Part shown: positions 40,144 through 50,800 of the stretch, in pieces | Numbering within the stretch: position 1 is the stretch's first letter | Layout: every line of letters starts with the position of its first letter | Assembly: GCA_050952645.1 (NCBI GenBank) | Contig: JBMNLI010000012.1 | Coordinates: forward strand, 96,001 to 160,000 | Direction of reading: 5' to 3' | DNA length: 64,000 bases | Source: Bdellovibrionota bacterium | GTDB lineage: Bacteria; Bdellovibrionota_C; UBA2361; CAKMMH01 | The notes under the pieces: generated by a model | Database searches by the model: none | Told to the model about the DNA's origin: nothing | What the model saw: only the letters and a program-made list of their open reading frames with translations | Made by a program: the position numbers and the translations under genes

Positions 40144-40806
40144 TTAAGATGTCTTTCCCATCGAATTCATCGAAGCTTGTTCATTAGCTTTAAGAGACTT
40201 TATCGAATGTTTTCGCCAAATCTCTACGTATCGTAGGAAGTAATTCCACCTTTCTCGTTCTATAGGAGTAAGAAATTTTTTGTCCGAGTTTTCGTCGGCT
40301 TCTTTAATTTTTCCTAAGAGGTCGATATATCGCCTAGCCGAAATAATAGCTTCAAAAAGCCAATAGATGACTGTTTCGTTTTTGATATTTTCTTTTAAAC
40401 TATTTTTATAAGCAAAAATAGTTCTCCAAAAATAGATTGCCAACTCTTTTTTTTCTTCTTTTCCAATGCGACTATTAAGGTTAGCACATGTAAGTTTGCA
40501 TTTTCCCATCAATAAGCCGACAAGGTTTAGCCAAATAGGCCGATTTCTAGCCCTTAAGAATTTATTATCATATCGTGAAACAGTTCGTCGAATACTTCTC
40601 CAAATTTCCCTTTGGCAACCTTTGTCTAGAGGCGTTCCTTTAGTTACGGTCAAAATCAAACGAGTTATATTTTCAAGAACACGTTCTTCAATATCTGGAT
40701 ATCTTTCTAATAATACTTCAATATCTGGATATCTTTCTAATAATGCTTCAATATCATCAGGATATTTTCCTAATAATGCTTTTTGCAAATCACTATTCGC
40801 AGTCAT
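40144..40806 (-). CDS. Hypothetical protein with N-terminal 10-aa tandem repeat
   Basis: YPDDIEALLER/YPDIEVLLER/YPDIEER; RBS AAAGG; own promoter and leader. Confidence 0.65.
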   Translation of the reverse strand: MTANSDLQKALLGKYPDDIEALLERYPDIEVLLERYPDIEERVLENITRLILTVTKGTPLDKGCQREIWRSIRRTVSRYDNKFLRARNRPIWLNLVGLLMGKCKLTCANLNSRIGKEEKKELAIYFWRTIFAYKNSLKENIKNETVIYWLFEAIISARRYIDLLGKIKEADENSDKKFLTPIERERWNYFLRYVEIWRKHSIKSLKANEQASMNSMGKTS

Positions 40807-40810
40807 ATAA

Positions 40811-40944
40811 AACCTTTCTACTTTCTAGTAGCTTTGCTCTCTTTATGTCCTTTTTAACTATATTGTCTTTAATAAAAGCTTAAACAAAAGCTTTATTAAA
40901 AGCAATTTTGTAAGACTATCATAAAATAATTTTACAAGCAAATG
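40811..40944 (-). repeat. Duplicated promoter/5' leader, copy 1
   Basis: Near-identical to 41694-41843 (TTTGCTCTCTTT-x-TGTCCTTTTTAACTATATTGTCTTTAA...AAGCTTAAACAAAAGCTTTATTAAAA). Minus strand carries TTGCTT-N17-TAGTCT. Confidence 0.85.
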
Positions 40945-40957
40945 TTTACTAAGTAAT

Positions 40958-41046
40958 TTTTCTTTAAAGTCAATTTTCTTTTAGGCTTCGCTTGGGTGAG
41001 TGATACTAATTCTTAAGGTCTAAAACCCACCTAAAAACGTGAAGAA
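40958..41046 (-). repeat. Dispersed MITE/REP-like repeat copy
   Basis: Reverse complement is near-identical to 43312-43400. Confidence 0.85.
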
Positions 41047-41122
41047 ATAAGAAAGATTAAATTTTTAAATCTTTTAAGTGAATAAGCTTTTAAATAAATA
41101 AGAAAAAAATCAATAAGAAATT

Positions 41123-41155
41123 AAGAAGGTTAAAAGAGAGCTTATTAACCTTCTT
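41123..41155 (-). terminator. Terminator hairpin, paralogous to 40092-40126
   Basis: AAGAAGGTTAA-aagagagctta-TTAACCTTCTT. Confidence 0.7.
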
Positions 41156-41204
41156 CTGTAAAAGCCTTTTAAGTGCCTTAGCGATCGTTTTCACTAAGGG
41201 TTAA

Positions 41205-41690
41205 TTAAGCAACCGTTACATGGGGGAGTCCCAATTCCTTAAGTGCATCATTAGCATATTCTTTTACGCACTCAGGAACATTTTCCCACTGTGAAAGATC
41301 CACCTCATCTGCTTTTTCGTAGCAAATGAGAAACTTCAAGCACCAAACAACGACTTCGCAATGCCAACGTGCAATGGCATGATCATTGTTTTTAGAGCCT
41401 GGCATTCTAGCATTACCACTTGCAAAGTCAATTCTGTAAGCGATAGCGGCTAGTGCGTAATTTGTGGGGTCGCTCACATCGTATTCGTATTCTTGAACGA
41501 ATTCGTTGAATTTCTCTCCAAAGCCGTTGAAGTTCGTAGCAACTTTTTCTCTCCAGTCTTCAACTGTTAATCCTGTAGCCTCAGTTACGAGACCAGCATA
41601 TTGCTTTTTGAGTTTTTGAAATGCTTGGTATCTGTTAAGCTCATCTTTAAACTCATAACCGTTAGGAGTATTTGCTTTGTTTCCTCCCAT
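41205..41690 (-). CDS. Hypothetical protein
   Basis: 161-aa ORF with GAGG RBS; visibly more GC-rich than the flanks. Confidence 0.7.
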   Translation of the reverse strand: MGGNKANTPNGYEFKDELNRYQAFQKLKKQYAGLVTEATGLTVEDWREKVATNFNGFGEKFNEFVQEYEYDVSDPTNYALAAIAYRIDFASGNARMPGSKNNDHAIARWHCEVVVWCLKFLICYEKADEVDLSQWENVPECVKEYANDALKELGLPHVTVA

Positions 41691-41693
41691 AGG

Positions 41694-41843
41694 GAACCTC
41701 TACTTTCTAGTAGTTTTTCTAGTAGTTTAGTTTTGCTCTCTTTCTGTCCTTTTTAACTATATTGTCTTTAACACAAGCTTAAACAAAAGCTTTATTAAAA
41801 ACAACCTTTAATAAATATCATAAAATAATATTTTGTGCAAATG
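41694..41843 (-). repeat. Duplicated promoter/5' leader, copy 2
   Basis: Direct repeat of 40811-40944; minus strand TTGCAC-N17-TATTTA. Confidence 0.85.
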
Positions 41844-41933
41844 GTTATTTTGAAAATCTATTTAAAATAAAAATTTAAAATAAAAAGGGAGTATCTTAAA
41901 AAAATTTAATCAAAAAAGAAGCTTTGAGTTTTA

Positions 41934-43274
41934 TTAAAATCTTAAATTCTTAAACGATTTCATCATATTGCCAACCCCTAAGGTGTTTATCTTTTTCATC
42001 ATTTGTTTCATTTGCATAAACTGTTTTAGTAATTGATTGACATCTTCAACCTTAGTACCCGAACCACGAGCTATTCTTAGTCTTCTACTTCCATTTATAA
42101 TATTAGCATTATTTCTTTCTTTTTTCGTCATAGAAAGTATTATAGCTTCAATTTTCCTCATTTCTTTGTTAGCATCTTCATCGTTTACTTTTTTAGTAAG
42201 ATCTCCTAACATAGGGATCATTCCTAGAATAGATGAGAAGCTTCCCATTTTTTTTATCATTTTTAATTGAGATAGAAAATCATCGAAAGAAAATTCATTC
42301 TTTTTAAATTTTTGTTCTAATTTTTTGCTCTCTTCTAAATCGAAATTTTCCGTAGCTTTTTCTATTAGCGTTAATACATCTCCCATTCCTAAAATTCTTG
42401 ATGCCATTCTGTCTGGGTGAAATATCTCTAGGGCGTCGCTCTTTTCCCCAGTTCCAATAAACTTGATCGGAACTCCAGTAACTTTTTTCATAGAAAGTGC
42501 AGCGCCTCCTCTAGCATCGCCATCTAACTTAGTTAAAATTAAGCCCGTAATAGGGACAGCTTCTAAAAACCCTAGGGCTACATTTACGGCTTCTTGCCCA
42601 GTCATGGCATCGGCAACGAGCAAAATTTCCGTTGGCATAATTTTTTTATTTATAAGCTTTAGTTCTTTCATAAGTTCTTTGTCGATTTGAAGCCTACCTG
42701 CCGTATCTACTATCATAACGGGAGTGCCTTGATTTTCCGCAAGCTTTTTAGCTTCACGTACTATTTTTACTGGTGCTTGCTTAGCGTTTGCATCGAACAC
42801 TTCGATATTGTTTTGCTTTCCTAAAGTTTTTAATTGCTCTATTGCAGCAGGTCTATAAACGTCTGCTGGGACTAAGAGTGAAGATTTTTTAAATTCTTTT
42901 TTTATGTATTTTGCAAGCTTTACACAAGTCGTGGTTTTCCCCGAGCCTTGAAGCCCTACAAGCATGATAATAGCAGGAGGAGCAACGCTTAGTTTTAGCT
43001 CGGAAGCGTTTTCTCCCATAATATTTGTTAATTCTTGATTTACTATTTTTATGATTTGCTTGTCGGGTGTTAAGCTTTTTAAAACATTTTCGCCTAACGC
43101 TTTAGTAGCAATATTATCGCAAAACTCTTTTGCTACTTTAAAATTCACGTCTGCTTCAAGAAGAGCCATTCTTACTAGTCTTAATGTATCATCTAACTCT
43201 TTTTGTGTTATTACGCTTTTTCCTCTAATCGCATTAAAAGCACCACGTATTTTCGTGTTTAATGTATCAAACAT
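41934..43274 (-). CDS. ffh: Signal recognition particle protein Ffh
   Basis: ALLEADV, GLQGSGKTTT, DVYRPAA, DTAGR, TKLDGDARGG, RILGMGD, RIARGSG. Confidence 0.97.
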   Translation of the reverse strand: MFDTLNTKIRGAFNAIRGKSVITQKELDDTLRLVRMALLEADVNFKVAKEFCDNIATKALGENVLKSLTPDKQIIKIVNQELTNIMGENASELKLSVAPPAIIMLVGLQGSGKTTTCVKLAKYIKKEFKKSSLLVPADVYRPAAIEQLKTLGKQNNIEVFDANAKQAPVKIVREAKKLAENQGTPVMIVDTAGRLQIDKELMKELKLINKKIMPTEILLVADAMTGQEAVNVALGFLEAVPITGLILTKLDGDARGGAALSMKKVTGVPIKFIGTGEKSDALEIFHPDRMASRILGMGDVLTLIEKATENFDLEESKKLEQKFKKNEFSFDDFLSQLKMIKKMGSFSSILGMIPMLGDLTKKVNDEDANKEMRKIEAIILSMTKKERNNANIINGSRRLRIARGSGTKVEDVNQLLKQFMQMKQMMKKINTLGVGNMMKSFKNLRF

Positions 43275-43311
43275 AAATATCCTTTTTTGATTTTTGTAGT
43301 TATTATCTAAT

Positions 43312-43536
43312 GGTTCTTCACGTTTTAAGGTAGGTTTTAGACCTTAAAATTAGTATTACTCACCCAGGCGAAGCCCAAAAGAAAATTGACTTTAAAGAAA
43401 TTTGCATAAAATAAATTACTTTAAATATAGTTGTAATTTTTCTTTAAATTATAGATAGTTTTCTATAAAAGCCAATTTTCTTTTAAGCTAACCTAAAAAA
43501 ACAATTTTTCTAAGCCCTCTTAAAATGTGAAGAACC
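43312..43536. mobile_element. Full-length (approx. 225 bp) MITE-like palindromic element
   Basis: TIRs GGTTCTTCACGTTTTAAG / CTTAAAATGTGAAGAACC; nested inner IR AAAAGAAAATTG / CAATTTTCTTTT; non-coding. Confidence 0.7.
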
Positions 43537-43622
43537 TTTTTAATGTTTATAAAACAAACATCACTTCTTAATTATTTTGTAATTTAATTATCTTATAATT
43601 TCTCTTTATTATTTAAAATTAT

Positions 43623-44906
43623 TTAAAAACTTTCAAAACTGTTTTGCCCTATGGGTTCTTTTTTCGTGCGTTGTTTTCTTTCTCTAAGCTCGAAAGTGTA
43701 TTTTGATTTAACGTATGGTCCCCAAGCCTTTAGGGCGTTAAGACAGCTAGGAGAGTAGGGACCTTTAAGCTTGCAAATGGAGCTAGGATAATTAGGTTCA
43801 AATCTTGAAACTTCTTCTAAAAAATTTTGGCAATCCTTAGATACGTGTATAATTTTATCTACTTGCTTTACGTTAATTTGCGGTTCTTCTTTTTTCGTTA
43901 AATCGCTATGTTCTTTTTTAAGTTTATCTAAATCACTACGAATATCAGCAAAAAAATCGATTTTTTCTATATTAAGCTCATCTTCTGTATTTTTACAAGT
44001 TTGGCATTTATCTGAATAACTTTCCGTTGTAGAATTGCAAATAGCTTTTACTATTTGGTCGCTAATAGCGATAACATTCATAAAATTTTTAGTCGTTATT
44101 TTTAAATTATAAATATTTCTAGCTTTCGTAAAATCATCTTTTAATTTTGAAATTTTAATATTATCTATTTTATCTAGGAATTTAGATAGATCTGAAAGAG
44201 TGTTATCATCATTTTTAGGATTGGAGTTTGATATAACTATATGCTCAAAACTTTCTACGCATTTTCTATCTTCATATCCATATTTAGCACATAGTGCTAT
44301 AGGAGAATATGGATAAATGCTTAGTGCATCATCCGTTAAAGTTTGGCAATCTTTACTACTTTCATTAGGATTGTAAGATAATTCTTTAAAAAAATTTGGC
44401 ATACATACAAGAGGAATAGTTTTTTCATACTCGTAAATAAGAGTGTTTCTAGCACTTAAAGCTAATTTTTCATCCTTGCCTTGAAGCACATTTTCATAAT
44501 CTCTTTTAGCTCTTTCGAGAGCTAATTTTTGCACGGATAAGGTAGCACTAAGTTCTTTATCGTTAGTTTTTTTATTATCGCTAAGGCTATCGTCTATTTT
44601 AGTTCCGTTATTTGTTTCGTTATTTGTTTCGTTATTTGATTTGTTGTTTGTTTTGCTACTTTCACTTTCTATTTTATCGGTTATTTCACTATTATTTTCT
44701 CTCGTAATAGTCGCTTTTAATAAAGAGCTATTAGAAGTGCTAATAGAAGTGCTAATAGAAGAGCTACTAGAAGAATTACTAGGCGAACTATTAAGCGAGA
44801 TGATATCTAAATTTTGAGAATAATCGCCTTGATTTAAATCGTTTGAAAAAGCTTTTAAAACGAAACAAAAGCTTAAAAGCAAAAATAAAAAAATTTTCTT
44901 AAACAT
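43623..44906 (-). CDS. Hypothetical secreted Cys-rich protein
   Basis: Signal peptide, Ser/Asn-rich linker, and two copies of a C...P-x-x-P-x-x-x-C-x-x-x-G-x-x-x-x-x-C pattern. Confidence 0.7.
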   Translation of the reverse strand: MFKKIFLFLLLSFCFVLKAFSNDLNQGDYSQNLDIISLNSSPSNSSSSSSISTSISTSNSSLLKATITRENNSEITDKIESESSKTNNKSNNETNNETNNGTKIDDSLSDNKKTNDKELSATLSVQKLALERAKRDYENVLQGKDEKLALSARNTLIYEYEKTIPLVCMPNFFKELSYNPNESSKDCQTLTDDALSIYPYSPIALCAKYGYEDRKCVESFEHIVISNSNPKNDDNTLSDLSKFLDKIDNIKISKLKDDFTKARNIYNLKITTKNFMNVIAISDQIVKAICNSTTESYSDKCQTCKNTEDELNIEKIDFFADIRSDLDKLKKEHSDLTKKEEPQINVKQVDKIIHVSKDCQNFLEEVSRFEPNYPSSICKLKGPYSPSCLNALKAWGPYVKSKYTFELRERKQRTKKEPIGQNSFESF

Positions 44907-45069
44907 ATAAATCTTAAAATCCTTTTTTAATATGAGACCTAGAATACAAATCTTACATTATTTAATGTTTATCATATTTAATATTTATCATATTTAAGTT
45001 TATCATAAAATTTTTATGAAAAGAACTATAAAAGAATTAAAGCTCGTTTTTTTTATTATAAAAAGAAAA

Positions 45070-45933
45070 TTATAATTGAAAGATAGCAGTGCTGTTTAGA
45101 TTATTAGCATTAGCCATAAGAGCCATTTTGCTATTGTTTCCTATTTGTTCTTGTAAAGCATTAGTTAATTTAATCGCTTCATCGATATCTCTTAGAGTTT
45201 CTTCTTCATTAAATGTTTCATTAAATGTTTCTGCCGATATATTTGCTAGGTCGTCATAGTTTTTTGATATAGTATGTTTTAATAACATAATTCTAGCTTC
45301 GGTAATTTTTACATTAGCAACAGTATTTATAATAGAGTCTTTTTCTGAAAAATCAAACTCGGTCATATTAAATCCATTCTTAATATCATCTCTAAAAACT
45401 GCATTAAGAGTATAACCAATTTTACTTTCAACATATTTTTTAGCATCTTCATCGGTTAAGGCTCTTATGTTTTCAAAATCTGTTTCATTAGTTAAAGTTT
45501 TTATTCCAGAAAGGAGACTATTTGCCTCAGTTTGAAGAACTTGAATTTTTTTAGGAGAAATATTTTTCTTGGTTGCTACTTGCTCTACGATACCTTTAAT
45601 GCTTCTAAGCATATTTTCGATTTTCTCCGTAGCATCGTTAGCAATATTTAATAAAGAAATATCGTTATTTACTTTTTTACGTTTTTTAGTGTTAACCTCT
45701 TTAGACCTTGAACTTATAGATATTACATCTGTTAGGGAGCTAGTAGCATTTTGAACCGTATTTTGCACTCTTTCATTAGCAACACTAGCTACAGAGCTAG
45801 TAGAATTAGTAGAACTAGTGCCGTTAGCGTTATTGTTAGCGTTATTGTTAGCATTATTAATAGCATTGCTGTTGTTTGATTGTTCTACCGCTGGTTTTAG
45901 TAATATGTTATTATTAGTTCCTTCTATTTTCAT
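45070..45933 (-). CDS. Divergent flagellin-like protein
   Basis: Flagellin_N-like ISLLNIANDATEKIENMLRSIKGIVEQ...LQTEANSLL...TNETDF; Flagellin_C-like LRDIDEA...ALMANAN...AIFQL. Confidence 0.72.
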   Translation of the reverse strand: MKIEGTNNNILLKPAVEQSNNSNAINNANNNANNNANGTSSTNSTSSVASVANERVQNTVQNATSSLTDVISISSRSKEVNTKKRKKVNNDISLLNIANDATEKIENMLRSIKGIVEQVATKKNISPKKIQVLQTEANSLLSGIKTLTNETDFENIRALTDEDAKKYVESKIGYTLNAVFRDDIKNGFNMTEFDFSEKDSIINTVANVKITEARIMLLKHTISKNYDDLANISAETFNETFNEEETLRDIDEAIKLTNALQEQIGNNSKMALMANANNLNSTAIFQL

Positions 45934-45974
45934 GGTTTTTTAAATAATTTCCATTTTCCTTTCCCGCGAGTAGA

Positions 45975-46001
45975 ATGTCGACACGATATAAAAAAACTTT
46001 A
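45975..46001 (-). promoter_or_regulatory. Sigma-28 promoter of the flagellin-like gene
   Basis: TAAAGTTT-N11-GTCGACAT (consensus TAAAGTTT-N11-GCCGATAA), about 40 nt before the start. Confidence 0.7.
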
Positions 46002-46016
46002 GTGTTTTTTTAGGTA

Positions 46017-46913
46017 TTATAATAAAAATTTTCTTATATTGTTGATTTGGTTATTATTTTTTTGAAGTTTCTTAGCTTTTTTCGATTTTTTAGGGAGAAT
46101 TTTCTGTATATTATCTAAGTTCAAAATATTAGGGTCTTCCTTTGCTAAGTATGAAATAACGTCTCCGATGCTTTTCCCAAAAAGAAAATCTGGTAAATAC
46201 TCGTATTCTATACACTCGTCTATATATTCTGCTGCCACTCTGCTATTTAAGCTTAAAGCTCTATCTAAATTAAGTGCGATATGAAAGCCCGTAACTTTTG
46301 GATTATATCTATCGATAGCAATAGTAAACTCTTCGCCTGAAATACTTGCGAGCGCTTGTAATCTTATCATTTTCATAGTTATTTTAGGGTCGGGTTGTCT
46401 AAATTTATCTAAGACGAACTCCGTTGGTCTTAAAATGCCATTATATAAATCTGTAAGGCATGCAACTGTAAAATAGATAGTGTTATTTATAATAAGAATT
46501 TCATTTATAGTTATATCTCTAGTTTGGAAATATTTTTCTATACTTTCTAAAATCTCAATGCCGTGTCCATGAGTTGCGTCATCTTTCATAAAAACTTTTT
46601 CTAGTTCTTTATCTATTTTCGACAATTTTTTATTGCCAAATCTTACTATGTCGATATCTCTCGGGCGTCTAAAAGAAAAGTTATAATTAAGTGCTAAGCC
46701 TAGTGCTAGTCTTGCAGCACCACCTTTAAATCCGTATTGAGCTGGCAAAGTAGGGAGTAGGTCGATATTTGGCATTTTTATTGAAAGAATGTTGTCGACA
46801 AAGGATTCAAATTTTACTTTAGGAGCTAATTTTAATATATAGCTTGGGATATCTACTAAATCATACGACTCTTTTATAGTTTTTATTTTATTTATTTTAT
46901 CACTTTCACACAT
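46017..46913 (-). CDS. Divergent class II (CCA/poly(A) polymerase-like) nucleotidyltransferase
   Basis: GFKGGAAR...RPRDIDIV...YFQTRDITINE parallels GGxVRD...DxD...RRDFTIN. Confidence 0.6.
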   Translation of the reverse strand: MCESDKINKIKTIKESYDLVDIPSYILKLAPKVKFESFVDNILSIKMPNIDLLPTLPAQYGFKGGAARLALGLALNYNFSFRRPRDIDIVRFGNKKLSKIDKELEKVFMKDDATHGHGIEILESIEKYFQTRDITINEILIINNTIYFTVACLTDLYNGILRPTEFVLDKFRQPDPKITMKMIRLQALASISGEEFTIAIDRYNPKVTGFHIALNLDRALSLNSRVAAEYIDECIEYEYLPDFLFGKSIGDVISYLAKEDPNILNLDNIQKILPKKSKKAKKLQKNNNQINNIRKFLL

Positions 46914-47574
46914 AATAATTAACCTTAATTACTAAGCTAAAAATTAATTTAAAATATAATTAAAAATTTTTAAAACCTTTGTCTTTAAAACCCTTAAACT
47001 TTACTTTTAAAAAAATTACTCTTAAAAAATTACTCTTAAAAATTTACCCTTAAATTTTATTCTTAAACTTTAAAGCGTTGTCCATTGCGAGTGGGAGCCT
47101 TTAGTCATAGCTTAAATTTTTTTATTTAAGTTTGAACTTGATAATAAAGTCGCACTTTAACCGCATTTTGCTTCTAAAAAAATTATACTAATTTTAAAAA
47201 TTTAAAACCACCTTAAAATATGAAGAATAAAAAATTTTATTAAGATTTATTTTTAAGTTATCTTTTAAGAGTTGTCTTAAAGCAACTTTTAAAAGGTTCT
47301 TATACGTTTTCCATATGCGTTTTAAAAGTGGATTAGTATAGCAGTTAAATTTTTGCTTAACTTTATTATTAAACTTCTTTATTTAATTTAGCCTAAAGAA
47401 AACTGCCTTTAGTAGTTAAAACTTTAAGAAGAAATCTCTTATAATTATTATTATAACTATAATTTTAAAAATAAGAAAATTTTTAATTCCTTCGACTAAG
47501 GGGCAATTTTTTTTAAGCTAAAGTCAAGCAAAATTTTATACTACCTACTTTAAAACTTTAAAAAAATATTTTTA

Positions 47575-47769
47575 GTGGAGATATTTATGGCACAAGATGT
47601 AAACTTAGTTAAATTAAACGGTAGTGAATATATTTGGAATGGCAATTTTTGGTATGATGTAAAAACTTTTATGATCCCTTCGACGATAATCTCATGTAAT
47701 TTAACTAAAGAGTTAAATAAAAAATTAGGAATTAAACCAAATATAATTATTAAAAACTCTACAAATTAA
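47575..47769 (+). CDS. Small hypothetical protein
   Basis: GGAG RBS suggests ATG 47587; followed by a terminator-like hairpin at about 47770-47807. Confidence 0.55.
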   Translation: MEIFMAQDVNLVKLNGSEYIWNGNFWYDVKTFMIPSTIISCNLTKELNKKLGIKPNIIIKNSTN

Positions 47770-47893
47770 AAAGGCACTAAAGTTTAAAACTTTAATGCCC
47801 TTTTTTATTATTTATAATTTTTTTATCTAATATTACGATATTATATTACATAAATTTATATTACATAAATTAGAATACTAAAATGCTAGAGCG

Positions 47894-50800
47894 TTACATG
47901 CTAGCAAGCTTCTTGTAATACTCAAAGCGTTCCTGAACATTTTTTTGAGCTACATTAGCTAGTTGCTCGGCTCTTTCTGGGTTAGATTTAACTAGCATCT
48001 TATATCTATTTTCATTATAAATATAATTTGTAAGAGGAATGCTTGGCTCCTTAGAGTCTAGAGTTAATGGATTTTTCCCTTCATTAACATTCGCTGGATT
48101 ATATCTATACAGTAGCCAATGCCCAGAGTTAACTGCATTCTTTTGTTGAGTTAAACCATTTCTTAAGTTTATACCATGAGCTATGCAGTGAGCATAACAA
48201 ATAATTAGCGATGGTCCATCGTGTTTTTCTGCTTCTATAATCGCTTTAAGAGCATGAGCATCATTAGCACCTAAAGAAATACTTGCAACGTAAACATTCT
48301 TATAACTCATAGCATGAAGCCCGATGTCTTTCTTTCTATTTGCTTTACCAGCAGCAGCAAACTGAGCAACTGCGCCCGTAGGTGTAGATTTAGACATCTG
48401 CCCACCAGTGTTTGAATAAACTTCCGTATCGAGCAAAAGCACGTTTACATTTTGCCCAGATGCAAGCACGTGGTCTAAGCCACCATAGCCAATATCGTAA
48501 GCCCAGCCATCACCGCCAAATATCCAAACGCTCTTTTTAATTAAGTAATCCGAAAGGGAAACAAGTTCTAGAGCATCGTCAGAATTATCGTCTTTTAACT
48601 TATTTTTTAACTCTTCAACTCTAGCTCTTTGTGCTGTAATTTCCTCTTCAGTTTCCTGTGAAGCATTTAATATATCGTTTGCTAAGCTTTCACCAACCTG
48701 TGATTTTAATTTTAAAAGGAGTTCTTTAGCTTGAACTTGTTTTTTATCTACAGCTAACCTAAAGCCTAATCCAAACTCAGCATTATCTTCAAATAGAGAG
48801 TTTGCCCAAGCAGGTCCTCTGCCATCCTTGTTTTTAGCATAAGGCGTAGTAGGCAAGTTGCCGCCATAAATAGAAGAACAACCAGTAGCGTTAGCGATAA
48901 GCATTCTATCACCGAAAAGTTGAGTTACTAATTTAACGTAAGGAGTTTCACCACAACCTTGGCAAGCTCCCGAGAATTCAAATAATGGCTCGAGTAATTG
49001 AGAGCCTTTTACAGTGTCGTGTTTAACTTTGCTTCTATCAACGTAATCGATACTATTAAAGAATTCCCAATTTTCAACCTCTCTTTCTCTTATCGGTTCA
49101 AATGGAACGAAATTAAGTGCCTTGCCACCTTCGATTTTCTTGCTCTTAACTGGGCAATTTTCTACGCAAAGTCCGCAACCCGTGCAGTCTTCGGTTGAAA
49201 GTTGTAAAGTAAACTTAGTGCCTTCAGGGAAAGTTTTATCTAAAACATCACAAGACTTAAAACCACTAGGAGCATCTTTTAATTTAGCTTCATCGTAAGC
49301 TTTCATTCTTATTACGCCGTGAGGACATACTATAGAACACTTGCCACATTGAATACAAGCCTCAGGATCCCACTCAGGAACTGAAAGTGCGATTGCACGT
49401 TTTTCCCACTTAGTTGTAGCACTAGGGAAAGTTCCATCTGCTGGAAGCTCACTTACTTTTAAGTTTTCTCCATCTCCAACCATCATAGGAGCAAGCACTT
49501 TCTTTACAAACTCTGGAGCTTTATCGGAAACTGCTTTTTTACGAGTGATTTTACTAGTTGCCTCTTTAGGATAATCTATCTTATGTAAGTGAACTAGGCT
49601 TTCATCGACTACCTTAAAGTTCTTTTGAACTACCTCATCGCCTTTTTTACCGAAAGTCTTCTTTATAGCTTCTTTAATTTTTTCGATAGCTTCATTTTTA
49701 GGCAAAATATTAGCGATAGCAAAGAAGCAAGTTTGCATAATGGTATTAGTCCTAGTTCCCATACCATTTTTTAAAGCTACATCGTAAGCGTTTATTGCAT
49801 AAAACTCTATTTCTTTATCTATAATATCTTGTTGTAATTCTTTAGGAAGCTTGTCCCAAACCTCATCTTTATCATAAGGAGCATTTAAAAGGAATGTAGC
49901 CCCTTTAGCCGCTTCTCTTAATACATCGAGTTTTTCAACAAAACTAAATTGATGGCAAGCAACAAAGTTTGCATTATCGATTAAGTATATAGATTTGATT
50001 TTATTTTTACCAAAACGAAGATGCGATTTAGTAAGTCCGCCAGATTTTTTTGAGTCGTAAACGAAATAACCTTGAGTGTAATTATCCGTTTCTTCACCAA
50101 TAATTTTAATCGAGTTTTTATTTGCTCCAACCGTTCCATCTGAACCAAGTCCGATAAAAATGCCACGAAATGTGCTTTCATCCTCGGTTCTAAAGTTTGG
50201 ATCGTAGTCTAGACTAGTGTGAGTTAAGTCATCGTTGATACCTACGGTAAAATGATTTTTAGGATTTTCTTTCTTTAACTCATCGTACACGGCTTTTATC
50301 ATAGCAGGAGTAAACTCTTTAGAGGATAAACCATAGCGCCCACCGATAATTTTTACCTTTCTATCAGACTCGGCAAAAGCCGCTACGGTATCTAAGTATA
50401 AAGGTTCCCCAAGAGAGCCAGCCTCTTTAGTTCTATCTAGAACTGCAATGCTTTTTACACTAGTTGGAATAGAGTCTATAAAATCTTTTACTGAAAACGG
50501 TCTATATAAATGAACTTTTAGAACGCCAACTTTTTCGTTCATTTTTGAGTTCATATAGTCGACTACCTCCTGTGCGGTTTCAGCTCCAGAGCCCATAAGG
50601 ATTAAAATTCTATCTGCGTCTTTTGCGCCATAATAATCGAATAAATCGTAGTGGCGCCCAGTAAGTTTTTCTAGCTTTTCCATCGCTTCTTTAACTATTT
50701 GCGGAGTTTTCTCGTAGTAAACATTTGCAGCTTCTCTAGATTGGAAGAATACGTCTGCGTTTTGTGCCGTTCCTCTAATGCATGGATTATCAGGAGAAAG

